From assembly GCA_036568505.1 (NCBI GenBank), contig DATCSK010000010.1:82566-146565 (forward strand): a stretch of 64,000 nucleotides of DNA, written 5' to 3'. The stretch's first letter is position 1; every line of letters starts with the position of its first letter. Below the pieces are notes generated by a model. That model was not told the DNA's origin, searched no databases, and worked only from the letters and a program-made list of their open reading frames with translations. Positions 37,047-47,872 of this stretch are shown piece after piece. This DNA is from Pseudomonadales bacterium. GTDB lineage: Bacteria; Pseudomonadota; Gammaproteobacteria; Pseudomonadales; M0112. The translations under genes and the position numbers were made by a program.

Positions 37047-38078
37047 ATGAATAAGATGCTTGTCGGCTTTGTCGCTCTGTGCCTCTGCTCGCTGGCGGCG
37101 CTGGCTGATACCGTTGCGCTTAAAGACGGCCACCCGGACACCTACACTGTGCAGAAAGGCGATACGCTTTGGGCTATTTCAGGCCGCTTTTTGCAAGATC
37201 CGTGGTTGTGGTCTGAAATCTGGGATGTGAACCCGGAAATTGAAAACCCCCATTTGATTTATCCGGGCGATGTGATTCGCCTGGTCTGGAAAGATGGTCA
37301 GCCGCGATTGACGGTAACGCGTGGTGAAGGCAGCCGCACGATCAAGCTTGGCCCACAGGTGCGTGTTGAGCCGATTGATACCGCGATTCCGGCTATTCCG
37401 TTGGATAAGATCAGCGTATGGCTGCACCGCAACCGTATCATCGATATCTCGGCACTGGAGCAGGCCCCGTACGTTGTTTCAACAGAAAATGCAGGCATTG
37501 TTGCCGGTGCCGGCAGCAAGGTTTATGTCAAAGGCGCACTCGATGAAACGAGCGGACGGGTGTACGGCATTTACCGTCAGGGTGACGGCTTCCGCGATCC
37601 GGAGACCAATGAGCCGCTGGGCGTTGAAATTGATGCCATTGCTGTTGGCTATCGCCAAGCAACATCGGATGACGGTATTTCAACGTTGGCAATTAACGAA
37701 AGTAATGGTGAGGTCCGTATCGGCGATCAAGTCTTGTCAGAAGACAAGCCTTGGGAATCGCTCTTTATGCCAAGTCGTCCCAGTGAACAGGTGACGGGCA
37801 CCATTCTGAGCGTTGATAGTGGCGTTGCCCAGGTTGGCATTTACAGCATGGTGCTGATTAACCGTGGCGAGCGTGAAGGCTTGAAGCCGGGTACGGTATT
37901 GGCCGTCTATAACCGTGGCAAGACCATCAAAGATATCATCAGCAAAGAGATGGTCACGCTGCCCGATGAACGAGCCGGCTTGATGATGGTCGTGCGCTCT
38001 TTTGAGAAAGCCAGTTACGGAATTATTCTGGCCGCACAACAATCAATGAGAGTGGGTGATGTTGTCAAAAACCCGTAA
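37047..38078 (+). CDS. LysM peptidoglycan-binding domain protein (TsaP-like, by position and size)
   Basis: 343 aa with a signal peptide (MNKMLVGFVALCLCSLAALA) and a LysM motif YTVQKGDTLWAISGRFL...LIYPGDVIRL. It is divergent from def and upstream of dprA, as the LysM protein is in the Pseudomonas gene order. Confidence 0.8.
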   Translation: MNKMLVGFVALCLCSLAALADTVALKDGHPDTYTVQKGDTLWAISGRFLQDPWLWSEIWDVNPEIENPHLIYPGDVIRLVWKDGQPRLTVTRGEGSRTIKLGPQVRVEPIDTAIPAIPLDKISVWLHRNRIIDISALEQAPYVVSTENAGIVAGAGSKVYVKGALDETSGRVYGIYRQGDGFRDPETNEPLGVEIDAIAVGYRQATSDDGISTLAINESNGEVRIGDQVLSEDKPWESLFMPSRPSEQVTGTILSVDSGVAQVGIYSMVLINRGEREGLKPGTVLAVYNRGKTIKDIISKEMVTLPDERAGLMMVVRSFEKASYGIILAAQQSMRVGDVVKNP

Positions 38079-38136
38079 TACGTAATACCTGCCGCTCACG
38101 GATGAGCGGTTTACGGATGCAGGGAGGCATCCTGAT

Positions 38137-39249
38137 ATGCACGAAGACCTTTTCTCAGGGCTGGCCGGATGGCTGGCCCTGAATCGTTTATGCGGTTCGC
38201 GTTTTCACCGGCTGCGGTCAATTTTCAACAATCCTTTGGATGTGTTTGCGAGCGATGGTGCGATGCTTTCAGTGGCATTGCGCAAGCGTCTGCACGCGAT
38301 GCAGGCACAAGGCACCCCGATTCGCGATGCGCTGCAGCGCGACCTTGAGTGGGTGCAAGCGCACGCATCGAATACCCGGATCGTGCATTGGGACTCGGAA
38401 GATTACCCTGCGTTATTGCGTGAAATTACCGATCCTCCTCCGGTTTTGTTTGTGCAAGGCGATGCGCATGTTTTGCAGCATCCGCAGATTGCGTTGGTGG
38501 GCAGTCGGCAGGCAACGCATGCAGGCCTTGAGGATGCTTTTCGTTTTGCGCGCGAACTGGCCGAGCATGGCATATGCGTCAGCAGCGGTTTGGCACGGGG
38601 CATCGATGCCGCAGCGCATCGCGGCGCGCTCGCAGGCAAAGGCTTTACGTTAGGGGTGATGGCGACCGGGCCGGATACGGTTTATCCGTCATCGCATGCC
38701 GAGTTAGCCAGTGCCATATGCGATCAAGGCGGTGCGTTGGTAACGGAGTTCCCGCCCGGTACTGCGCCACACGCCGCGTATTTTCCGCGGCGCAACCGGA
38801 TTATTTCCGGCCTATCCATGGGCGTGTTGGTGGTTCAGGCGACATTGAAAAGCGGCACACTGATTACAGCGCGGCTTGCAATGGAACAGGGTCGCGAAGT
38901 CTTTGCCATTCCCGGCTCAATCCATCAGCCGCAAAGCCGAGGGTGTCATCGCTTGATTCGTGATGGCGCGGCATTGGTAGAAACGGTGGATGATATTCTG
39001 GCGGAGCTGGGCGGGTTCCAGTCATTGGCAGTAACGCAAAGGCCGGATGGCGTTGCAATGCCGCCCGGCGTGACGCCCGAGCTGCAGGCGATCATGGAAT
39101 GCATCGAGTTTCATCCAACACCGATCGATACGATTGTGGCGCGCAGCCAATTGGATTCTGCGCAGGTCTTGTCGCGACTCACCGAGCTTGAGATCGAAGG
39201 CCGCATTGTGTCGGCAGCGGGTGGCTTTGCCCGTTTACCGCGTTCGTGA
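38137..39249 (+). CDS. dprA: DNA-processing protein DprA (Smf)
   Basis: 370 aa with a DprA Rossmann-like core (...VGSRQATHAGLEDAFRFARELAEHGICVSSGLARGIDAAAHRGAL...GTLITARLAMEQGREVFAIPG...). Confidence 0.92.
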   Translation: MHEDLFSGLAGWLALNRLCGSRFHRLRSIFNNPLDVFASDGAMLSVALRKRLHAMQAQGTPIRDALQRDLEWVQAHASNTRIVHWDSEDYPALLREITDPPPVLFVQGDAHVLQHPQIALVGSRQATHAGLEDAFRFARELAEHGICVSSGLARGIDAAAHRGALAGKGFTLGVMATGPDTVYPSSHAELASAICDQGGALVTEFPPGTAPHAAYFPRRNRIISGLSMGVLVVQATLKSGTLITARLAMEQGREVFAIPGSIHQPQSRGCHRLIRDGAALVETVDDILAELGGFQSLAVTQRPDGVAMPPGVTPELQAIMECIEFHPTPIDTIVARSQLDSAQVLSRLTELEIEGRIVSAAGGFARLPRS

Positions 39250-39321
39250 ATGGCATGGTGGCCGTGCCGCAAGCACACGGTAGAATGACCCTCTGTTGAT
39301 GGCGGTATAGAGCAAGTTTGC

Positions 39322-40792
<1,471 letters not shown>

Positions 40793-40891
40793 GCAGCATC
40801 AGTCGCCGGGCATTGAATGAGGCAAAGCAGGACGGCTAAAGACCGTGCATTGCAAGCGTTGTTGTTTGGCCTGTTCTGGCAAGCCGCGTCG

Positions 40892-41407
40892 TTAACGGCG
40901 CACGTGCGCCACAAAATTACACGGCTTGGTGCGTGCATCGAGCTGCTGCTCCAGAATGCCTTCCCACGCGGTGCGACACGCATTGGTCGATCCCGGCATG
41001 CAAAAAATCAGCGTGCGATTGGCAAGGCCGGCCAGCGCGCGCGATTGCAACGTGGCGGTGCCGATTTCGGCTAGCGATAAATGCCTGAAAACTTCACCAA
41101 AGCCATCAACGGTTTTATCAAACAGTGGCGTGAGTGCTTCGGGAGTTGAGTCACGGCCGGTGAAGCCGGTACCGCCAGTGACCAATACAACCTGCACGGC
41201 GTCGTCGGCAACCCATGCCGAGACAACGGCACGCATGGCGTAAATATCGTCTTTCACGATGCGGCGGTCTGCGATGCGATGCCCGCAAGCAGCAGCCTGT
41301 TCGGCAAGAAAATGGCCCGAGGTGTCGTTTTCGGCGGTGCGCGTATCGGAAACGGTTAACACGGCAATTGCCAAAGGTTCAAAGTCGGCACTGTACGTCA
41401 TGGTCAA
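40892..41407 (-). CDS. moaB: molybdenum cofactor biosynthesis protein B
   Basis: 171 aa, nearly colinear with remembered E. coli MoaB (AILTVS...DTSGH...VVLVTGGTGFTGRD...FGEVFR.LS..EIGT.TLQSRA.AG.AN.TLIF.MPGST.ACRTAWE.I...QLDARTKPCNF). Confidence 0.9.
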   Translation of the reverse strand: MTMTYSADFEPLAIAVLTVSDTRTAENDTSGHFLAEQAAACGHRIADRRIVKDDIYAMRAVVSAWVADDAVQVVLVTGGTGFTGRDSTPEALTPLFDKTVDGFGEVFRHLSLAEIGTATLQSRALAGLANRTLIFCMPGSTNACRTAWEGILEQQLDARTKPCNFVAHVRR

Positions 41408-41985
41408 TCCTGTTGGGCGGCGAGCAACTGCTGCCAGTCGTCGGGGGTGTTGATATTGTCCAATGTTCTTGCTGCCGTGTCTGCCGCCAAGGTCAATGCA
41501 CGGGCCGCGTGGGCAAACACATGCAGCGCCCGCTGCCGGGGGTTATCGTCTTGCAGCAGCTGTTCACAGAGGCGCGCGGTCGCTGCGGTGACAGGGCAGT
41601 ACATCGGCAAGGGATGGCCTTGGTAATGCGTGACGCGCTGCTGCGGTTGTCCGGTTTGCGAGAGGGCGAGCACGCTGTTGCGGTCCAGCAAAGGCATGTC
41701 CACCGGCACCAGTAACAAGCCGGCGATACCGTGTGCCAAACCATATTGCAGCGCGCTATCAAGGCCTGCGAGTGGGCCCCGTCCGGTATGGCGATCACGC
41801 AGTGCGTCGGGGCGATTGCCGCACACCAATACCGGGTCAAAGCCGCAATGGCTCAATAGTTGTTGGGTGTGCTCCAGCAAGGTGTTGCCATGAAAAGGCA
41901 GTGTCGCCTTATCGTGACCCATGCGGCGTGATTGGCCGCCTGCGAGAACGACGCCGGCAATGATGGGTGTTGTTGCTGTGCTCAT
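41404..41985 (-). CDS. mobA: molybdenum cofactor guanylyltransferase
   Basis: Start set at ATG 41985 (MSTATTPIIAGVVLAGGQSRRMGHDKATL...), giving 193 aa. LAGGxxxRMG motif. Overlaps the moaB start (ATGA). The track ORF (376 aa) is an antisense extension across aroE. Confidence 0.88.
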   Translation of the reverse strand: MSTATTPIIAGVVLAGGQSRRMGHDKATLPFHGNTLLEHTQQLLSHCGFDPVLVCGNRPDALRDRHTGRGPLAGLDSALQYGLAHGIAGLLLVPVDMPLLDRNSVLALSQTGQPQQRVTHYQGHPLPMYCPVTAATARLCEQLLQDDNPRQRALHVFAHAARALTLAADTAARTLDNINTPDDWQQLLAAQQD

Positions 41986-42039
41986 AACGCATCCTGAAAC
42001 CAGCTGGCTTACAATAACGTATCTTGCAAGGAGCTTATT

Positions 42040-42855
42040 ATGCCAGCGCCCGATCGCTATGCCGTTGTCGGTCATCCGGTAGCGCATTCCAAGTCGCCGC
42101 GCATGCACGGCGCGTTTGCTGCACAGACCGGCGAGGCACTGGTGTATGACGCGATTGATGTTGCGCCCGGTGAGTTTGAACAGCAGGTAAAGGCTTTTTT
42201 TGAAGCCGGCGGAAAAGGCCTGAACGTCACCTTGCCGTACAAAGAAGAGGCCTATCGGTTGGCCGATCGCTTGACGCGTCGCGCCCGACAAGCCGGCGCG
42301 GTGAATACACTGGCACGGCAGGCCGATGGCAGCGTGCTGGGCGATAACACCGACGGCGCAGGCCTGCTGCGCGACGTGACCGAGACGCTGCAATGGCCGA
42401 TTCGCAAGCGGCGCGTATTGGTGCTGGGTGCGGGCGGCGCCGTGCGCGGCATACTGGGTCCGCTGCTGGAGCAGCAGCCGGCCGCAGTTGTCATTGCCAA
42501 TCGCACGCAGTCCAAAGCCATGCAGTTGGCGCAAGCCTTTGGCGAAGGCGTCACGGGTTGTGGTTACGATGCCTTGGCGGGCCAGGCGTTTGATGTTGTG
42601 ATTAATGGCACATCGGCCAGTCTGGCCGGTGAGTTACCGCCCTTGCCGGAGGGTGTGTTGGCCGAAGGCGCATGCTGTTACGACATGATGTACGGCCCAG
42701 AACCCACGGTGTTTTTGCAGTGGGCCAATGCGCACGGTGCAAAGACTGCCGATGGCCTCGGCATGCTGGCCGAGCAAGCAGCAGAGTCCTTTTTGCTGTG
42801 GCGCGGGACGCGACCTTGTACCGCACCGGTGCTGGCCATGCTGCGCGCGGGCTGA
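42040..42855 (+). CDS. aroE: shikimate dehydrogenase (NADP+)
   Basis: 271 aa, ...YAVVGHPVAHSKSPRMH...LNVTLPYKEEAY...NTDGAGL..., with the Rossmann motif LGAGGAVRG. Confidence 0.94.
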   Translation: MPAPDRYAVVGHPVAHSKSPRMHGAFAAQTGEALVYDAIDVAPGEFEQQVKAFFEAGGKGLNVTLPYKEEAYRLADRLTRRARQAGAVNTLARQADGSVLGDNTDGAGLLRDVTETLQWPIRKRRVLVLGAGGAVRGILGPLLEQQPAAVVIANRTQSKAMQLAQAFGEGVTGCGYDALAGQAFDVVINGTSASLAGELPPLPEGVLAEGACCYDMMYGPEPTVFLQWANAHGAKTADGLGMLAEQAAESFLLWRGTRPCTAPVLAMLRAG

Positions 42856-44001
42856 TCAATCCGGCTGAAAAATGCAGAAGCGATTCTTCTCGAGTTTGGC
42901 CTGGTACATGCTTTGATCGGCCAGTTTTAGCAATTCATTCATGTTGCGCCCGTGATCGGGTGCAAAGACCACGCCAACACTGCCACTGACGTTCACGAGA
43001 TGCTCGCCGACCCGCACTGGCTCGGCGATGCGTACCAGCAAATTCTTCAAGACCGAATCAATCGAGTGTTCGGGTGAGTCGAGTAAAAATAAAATGGCAA
43101 ACTCGTCGCCGCCGAGTCGCGCAACGGTGTCGTGCCGTCGCACCGAATGGATTAAGCGCTGGCTGATGATTTTCAAGACTTCATCGCCGGCATGGTGGCC
43201 GTAACGGTCATTGATGGGTTTGAATTCATCGAGGTCGAGAAAGGCGATGGCGATTCGGCGCGGTCCATGGAGTTGGGCCAGCGCGGCTTCGACTTGCCGA
43301 TAAAACTCGGTGCGATTGGGCAGCTCCGTGAGCACGTCATGGGCTGCTTGATGAGCGAATCGACCGCGTTCGCGCATCAATTGCCGCTGCAGGCTTTCAT
43401 TGACCACGTCGTAAATGAGAAAACAGGCTACGACGGTGATCACCATGAGCGACCACACGCCAATTTCAACGGCAGCCAAGGTGCCGGCAGGCAATATCTG
43501 CGGGAAGACCAAATCGTATAAAAAAGCCTGATAAAAAAAGCCCTCGGTCAGCAGCACCACTAACAGCCATTGAAAGCCGGCCTTGCGTCCGGCAATCAAA
43601 AACACCAACACGGGAATCACCATAATGATTTGCAACGTGGGTGATACAAACCCGCCGGTGATGAATGCAGCGGCAATGACAATCGTAAAAATGGTCAGTG
43701 CAAACAGGTGGCCGGTTAATAAAATGGAGCCGGTGGCTCGAAAGAGATACAGGCAGCCAGCATAGGTGATGAGCATGACCAGGCTAAAGCCAGCCGCGAT
43801 GGCGGTATTAAAACCCATGCGCTCCGAGTGTGCGAATGCCGCGAGCGTGACGATCGCAGCCGAGAGTACGACGTGATAAAGCAGCAGTGCGACCAGAATG
43901 CGTGCACGGCTGAGGGAGTGCGAATGTTCGATGGAGTAGCCCGGTGGTAAAAAGCGGTCGACCGCAAGATCGAAATGTTTTTTAAGCCAGCGCCCCTGCA
44001 T
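42856..44001 (-). CDS. membrane-bound diguanylate cyclase (about 6 TM helices + GGDEF domain)
   Basis: 381 aa with a hydrophobic N-terminal half. The C-terminal GGDEF domain has an intact RLGGDEF active site and an RxxD I-site (RRHD) five residues upstream. The start ATG overlaps the yrdA stop (TAATG). Confidence 0.88.
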   Translation of the reverse strand: MQGRWLKKHFDLAVDRFLPPGYSIEHSHSLSRARILVALLLYHVVLSAAIVTLAAFAHSERMGFNTAIAAGFSLVMLITYAGCLYLFRATGSILLTGHLFALTIFTIVIAAAFITGGFVSPTLQIIMVIPVLVFLIAGRKAGFQWLLVVLLTEGFFYQAFLYDLVFPQILPAGTLAAVEIGVWSLMVITVVACFLIYDVVNESLQRQLMRERGRFAHQAAHDVLTELPNRTEFYRQVEAALAQLHGPRRIAIAFLDLDEFKPINDRYGHHAGDEVLKIISQRLIHSVRRHDTVARLGGDEFAILFLLDSPEHSIDSVLKNLLVRIAEPVRVGEHLVNVSGSVGVVFAPDHGRNMNELLKLADQSMYQAKLEKNRFCIFQPD

Positions 44002-44546
44002 TACGGATGGGCGCCTTGTTCGGCACGGTGGATTTCTTTCAGCGCCACATAGTTATTGCTGCTATAGGCAAAAAAGCGGCGTTCGCGCTCACTGAGTTCG
44101 CGCACGGCGCGCGCAGGCGAGCCCATATACAAAAACCCGCTGGCCAGATGCTTGCCGGGCGACACCAGGCTGTTGGCGCCGACCACGACATCGTCTTCAA
44201 TAATCGCGCCGTCCATCACCACCGCACCCATGCCGATTAAAACGCGGTTGCCGATGGTGCAGCCGTGAAGGATGGCGCGATGGCCAACAGTGCAGTCGTC
44301 GCCAATGATGAGCGGCCAGCCCTCGGGGCTGAAGGGGCCCGCATGGGTAATGTGCAGCACGCTGTTGTCTTGAATGCTGGTGCGGCGGCCGATTCGAATG
44401 CGATGCATATCGCCGCGAACCGTGGTCATCGGCCAGACGGAGCTGTCGTCACCAATGTGCACGTCACCAAGCACCAGCGCGGTGTCGTCCACAAAGACGC
44501 GTTGTCCGAGCGTGGGCGCTATGCCTTGGTAGGATCGAATGGTCAT
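44001..44546 (-). CDS. yrdA: gamma-class carbonic anhydrase family protein (hexapeptide-repeat, YrdA-like)
   Basis: 181 aa, colinear with remembered E. coli YrdA (...IWP..V.RGD.H.I.IG.RT.IQD.S.LH.TH...G.PL.IG.D.TVGH...LHGCTIGNRVL.GMG...DGA..EDDV..GA.SLV...). Confidence 0.85.
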   Translation of the reverse strand: MTIRSYQGIAPTLGQRVFVDDTALVLGDVHIGDDSSVWPMTTVRGDMHRIRIGRRTSIQDNSVLHITHAGPFSPEGWPLIIGDDCTVGHRAILHGCTIGNRVLIGMGAVVMDGAIIEDDVVVGANSLVSPGKHLASGFLYMGSPARAVRELSERERRFFAYSSNNYVALKEIHRAEQGAHP

Positions 44547-44614
44547 GCGAATACCGGGGTGAAAAGCCGTGCGCAGTGTATCATTGACCGACGTATTTTC
44601 TCAGGGTGCACACG

Positions 44615-44839
44615 ATGCGGCGTTTCATAGCCGGAGCCAAATGCCCGGATTGCGGGCAGCTCGATACTTTGTTCATGGCGAGCAACGAAGCCGGCAAGCG
44701 GCGTGAGTGTGTGCGCTGCGGCTTTGCTGATTCGCTGGAGAATATAGCGCCTCCGGCTATTCCTACCCGGGTTGAGCCGGCCATCAAACAGGAGGTCTCT
44801 ACGGAAGTGGTTCGTCTGGTTGATTCAGGCAAGCGTTAA
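44615..44839 (+). CDS. yheV: YheV-family zinc-ribbon protein
   Basis: Start probably ATG 44615 (MRRFIAGAKCPDCGQLDTL....ECVRCGF...), like E. coli YheV ...RKRFIAGAKCPACQAQD...ECVKCGH. Two CxxC pairs. The track start at 44606 is a GTG 3 codons upstream. Confidence 0.75.
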   Translation: MRRFIAGAKCPDCGQLDTLFMASNEAGKRRECVRCGFADSLENIAPPAIPTRVEPAIKQEVSTEVVRLVDSGKR

Positions 44840-45123
44840 TCCAAGCGAGGCGCTGGGGTATTGCCTCTCGCCAAGGCCTGTGATTTTGCTGCATTGCAGT
44901 AGCATACGGCGCATTCACTGGTTATAATCTGCGCCGTTTTGTCGCACCTTGTGTGCGGTTTTTACGGGGAAGCAGGAAGGTCAGGCAGTAGCGCCCACAG
45001 AGGTCGCCCGTCAGGCTTATCAATAAAATAGTGCGGATGACCACGAATTTCGCAGGAGATGCGTGGCCACAGCGCCGTTTTTGTTGCCTCGCGCCACCCA
45101 TTGACACTGGAGAAACGGGAATC

Positions 45124-46281
45124 ATGCGTTCACGAGTGATACAGCTTGCCACCTTGGCATTGGCGTCGTTGATGCTGCTAGCGGGCGGTGCAATGGCTGA
45201 GGAAGCCACCAAGTCAGCCGGATTTTGGCTCAACATGCCCGAAGGCGTGACGGCCGTCAGCCGTGATGTTTATGCACTGCACATGAAAATTGTCTGGATT
45301 TGCGGCCTGATTGGCATTCTGGTGTTTGGCGTGATGTTTTACGCCATGATCGCCCACCGCAAATCACTGGGCGTGAAGCCGGCGACTTTCCATGAAAGCA
45401 CGCTGGTCGAGATTCTCTGGACGGTGGTGCCTTTTATCATCCTTATTTATATGGCGTTTCCCGCGACCAAGACCTTGATTGCCCACTATGACGATTCCGA
45501 GCCGGACATCGATATTCTGGTGACAGGCTATCAGTGGAAATGGAAATACGAATACCTCAATGACAGCGGCGAGAAAGTCAGTTTTTTTAGCAACCTGCGT
45601 ACGCCGAACGATGAAATTCATAACGAGTCCCCGAAGGGCGAGCACTACCTGTTAGAAGTCGATGAGCCGCTGGTCGTGCCGGTGGGCAAAAAAGTGCGCT
45701 TCCTGATTACCGCAAACGACGTGATCCACTCTTGGTGGGTGCCTGCCATCGCGGTCAAAAAAGACGCGATTCCGGGTTTTGTGAATGAGTCGTGGACGCG
45801 CATCGAAAAAGAAGGCGTGTATCGTGGCCAGTGTGCCGAGCTGTGTGGCAAGAACCACGGTTTCATGCCCATTGTGGTGAATGCAGTCAGCGAAGATGAG
45901 TTCAATGCCTGGATGGCCAAAAAGCAGCAGGCCGCAGCCGAAATTCGTGCGCTGATGGATCAGGAGCTTCCCATGGAAGACTTGATGGCTCGCGGCGAGC
46001 AGGTTTACAACACCAGTTGTGCCATGTGCCACGGTGGTGCCGGTGAAGGCACCGGGATTGCACCGGCACTCAAGGGCAGCAAACTTGCGACGGGCGCGAT
46101 TTCCGATCATCTGGCTATCGTGGTGAATGGCAAGCCGGGCACCGCGATGGCTGCTTACGGAAGCCAGTTCAACGAGCTGGATATTGCAGCCGTGGTTACC
46201 TACGAGCGCAATAGCTGGGGTAATAACATGGGTGATTTGCTGCAACCAATTGATGTGGCCAACGCCAAAAAAGGCCAGTAA
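45124..46281 (+). CDS. coxB: cytochrome c oxidase (aa3) subunit II with C-terminal cytochrome c domain
   Basis: Start set at ATG 45124 (MRSRVIQLATLALASLMLLAGGAMA, a signal peptide), giving 385 aa. CuA site HSWWVP...CAELCGKNHGFM and a C-terminal haem c motif CAMCH. The track start is an upstream in-frame extension. Confidence 0.93.
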   Translation: MRSRVIQLATLALASLMLLAGGAMAEEATKSAGFWLNMPEGVTAVSRDVYALHMKIVWICGLIGILVFGVMFYAMIAHRKSLGVKPATFHESTLVEILWTVVPFIILIYMAFPATKTLIAHYDDSEPDIDILVTGYQWKWKYEYLNDSGEKVSFFSNLRTPNDEIHNESPKGEHYLLEVDEPLVVPVGKKVRFLITANDVIHSWWVPAIAVKKDAIPGFVNESWTRIEKEGVYRGQCAELCGKNHGFMPIVVNAVSEDEFNAWMAKKQQAAAEIRALMDQELPMEDLMARGEQVYNTSCAMCHGGAGEGTGIAPALKGSKLATGAISDHLAIVVNGKPGTAMAAYGSQFNELDIAAVVTYERNSWGNNMGDLLQPIDVANAKKGQ

Positions 46282-46307
46282 CAGACAAGGTTCTCAGGAG
46301 AAAGACG

Positions 46308-47867
46308 ATGGGTGAGCATCACGGTCCTGCCAAAGGACTCAGCCGCTGGCTGTTTACCACTAACCACAAAGACATTGGCACGCTGTACCTGTGGTTCAGT
46401 TTTGCCATGTTTATCCTGGGTGGCGCATTCGCCATGATCATTCGTGCCGAGCTGTTCCAGCCCGGCATGCAGCTGATCGAGCCCGACTTTTTCAACCAGA
46501 TGACCACCATGCACGGCTTGGTGATGGTCTTTGGCGCCATCATGCCGGCGTTTGTGGGCTTGGCGAACTGGATGATCCCGATGATGATCGGCGCGCCGGA
46601 CATGGCCCTGCCGCGCATGAACAACTGGAGCTTCTGGATTCTGCCGTTTGCCTTCCTGATTCTGGCATCAACCCTTTTCATGGAGGGTGGCGCCCCGAAC
46701 TTCGGTTGGACTTTCTACGCGCCATTATCGACCACGTATGCACCACCGAGCGTGAACTACTTTATTTTCGCGGTGCATATCATGGGCGCCTCGTCGATTA
46801 TGGGTTCAATCAACATTATCGCGACCATCGTCAACTTGCGCGCACCGGGCATGACCTACATGAAAATGCCGTTGTTCGTATGGACCTGGTTTATCACCGC
46901 ATTCCTGCTGGTGGCGGTCATGCCGGTACTGGCCGGTTGCGTGACCATGATGCTGATGGACATTAACTTCGGCACCAGCTTCTTCAGTGCAGCCGGTGGC
47001 GGTGACCCCGTACTGTTCCAGCACGTGTTCTGGTTCTTCGGCCACCCTGAGGTGTACATCATCATTCTGCCGGCTTTCGGTGTGATTTCTGAAGTTATCC
47101 CGACATTCTCGCGCAAGCCGCTGTTTGGTTATGCCTCGATGGTGTATGCAACCGCTGCGATTGCTTTCCTGTCGTTCGTGGTATGGGCGCACCACATGTT
47201 CACGGTAGGCATGCCGATTGCTGGCGAGTTGTACTTCATGTACGCCACCATGTTGATTGCCGTGCCAACCGGGGTGAAAGTGTTCAACTGGATCACCACC
47301 ATGTTCAAGGGCGCGATCACCTTTGAAACCCCGATGTTGTTTGCAATCGCCTTTGTGATTCTCTTTACATTGGGCGGTTTTACCGGCTTGATGCTGTCAT
47401 TGGCACCGGTGGACTTCCAGTATCACGACAGCTATTTCGTGGTTGCGCACTTCCACTATGTGATGGTTGCGGGCGCGATCTTTGGTATGTCGGCGGGTGT
47501 GTACTACTGGCTGCCAAAGTGGACGGGCAGGATGTATAACGAGACGATGGCCAAGGCGCACTTCTGGATTGGCTTCATTGGCTTCAACGTGACGTTCTTC
47601 CCGCAGCATTTTGCAGGTTTGGCCGGCATGCCGCGCCGCATACCTGATTATGCATTGCAGTTTGCTGACTTGAACATGATGTCGAGTATTGGTGCGTTCA
47701 CCTACGGCTTCTCGCAAATCCTGTTCCTGTTTATTGTGATTCAGACGATTCGCAACGGTAAGCCGGTTAGCGATCCCAAAGTGTGGGAAGGTGCTAACGG
47801 TCTGGAGTGGACGTTGCCGACACCGGCGCCGTATCACACCTTCGCAACTCCGCCGACCATTAAATAA
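46308..47867 (+). CDS. ctaD: cytochrome c oxidase subunit I
   Basis: 519 aa, ...WLFTTNHKDIGTLYL..., with haem/CuB ligand regions (WFFGHPEVYIIILP, HHMFTVG). Confidence 0.96.
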   Translation: MGEHHGPAKGLSRWLFTTNHKDIGTLYLWFSFAMFILGGAFAMIIRAELFQPGMQLIEPDFFNQMTTMHGLVMVFGAIMPAFVGLANWMIPMMIGAPDMALPRMNNWSFWILPFAFLILASTLFMEGGAPNFGWTFYAPLSTTYAPPSVNYFIFAVHIMGASSIMGSINIIATIVNLRAPGMTYMKMPLFVWTWFITAFLLVAVMPVLAGCVTMMLMDINFGTSFFSAAGGGDPVLFQHVFWFFGHPEVYIIILPAFGVISEVIPTFSRKPLFGYASMVYATAAIAFLSFVVWAHHMFTVGMPIAGELYFMYATMLIAVPTGVKVFNWITTMFKGAITFETPMLFAIAFVILFTLGGFTGLMLSLAPVDFQYHDSYFVVAHFHYVMVAGAIFGMSAGVYYWLPKWTGRMYNETMAKAHFWIGFIGFNVTFFPQHFAGLAGMPRRIPDYALQFADLNMMSSIGAFTYGFSQILFLFIVIQTIRNGKPVSDPKVWEGANGLEWTLPTPAPYHTFATPPTIK

Positions 47868-47872
47868 GGCGA

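Noticed and set aside
40793-40891. Expected a terminator hairpin between convergent hemF and moaB
   Set aside because: I could not find a convincing stem plus U-tract in the 99-bp spacer, so no feature is reported.
44922-45236. 104-aa minus-strand ORF in the coxB upstream region
   Set aside because: It overlaps the coxB signal-peptide codons in antisense, has no SD, and has a low-complexity Arg/Pro-rich C-terminus. The region is better explained as promoter and leader.
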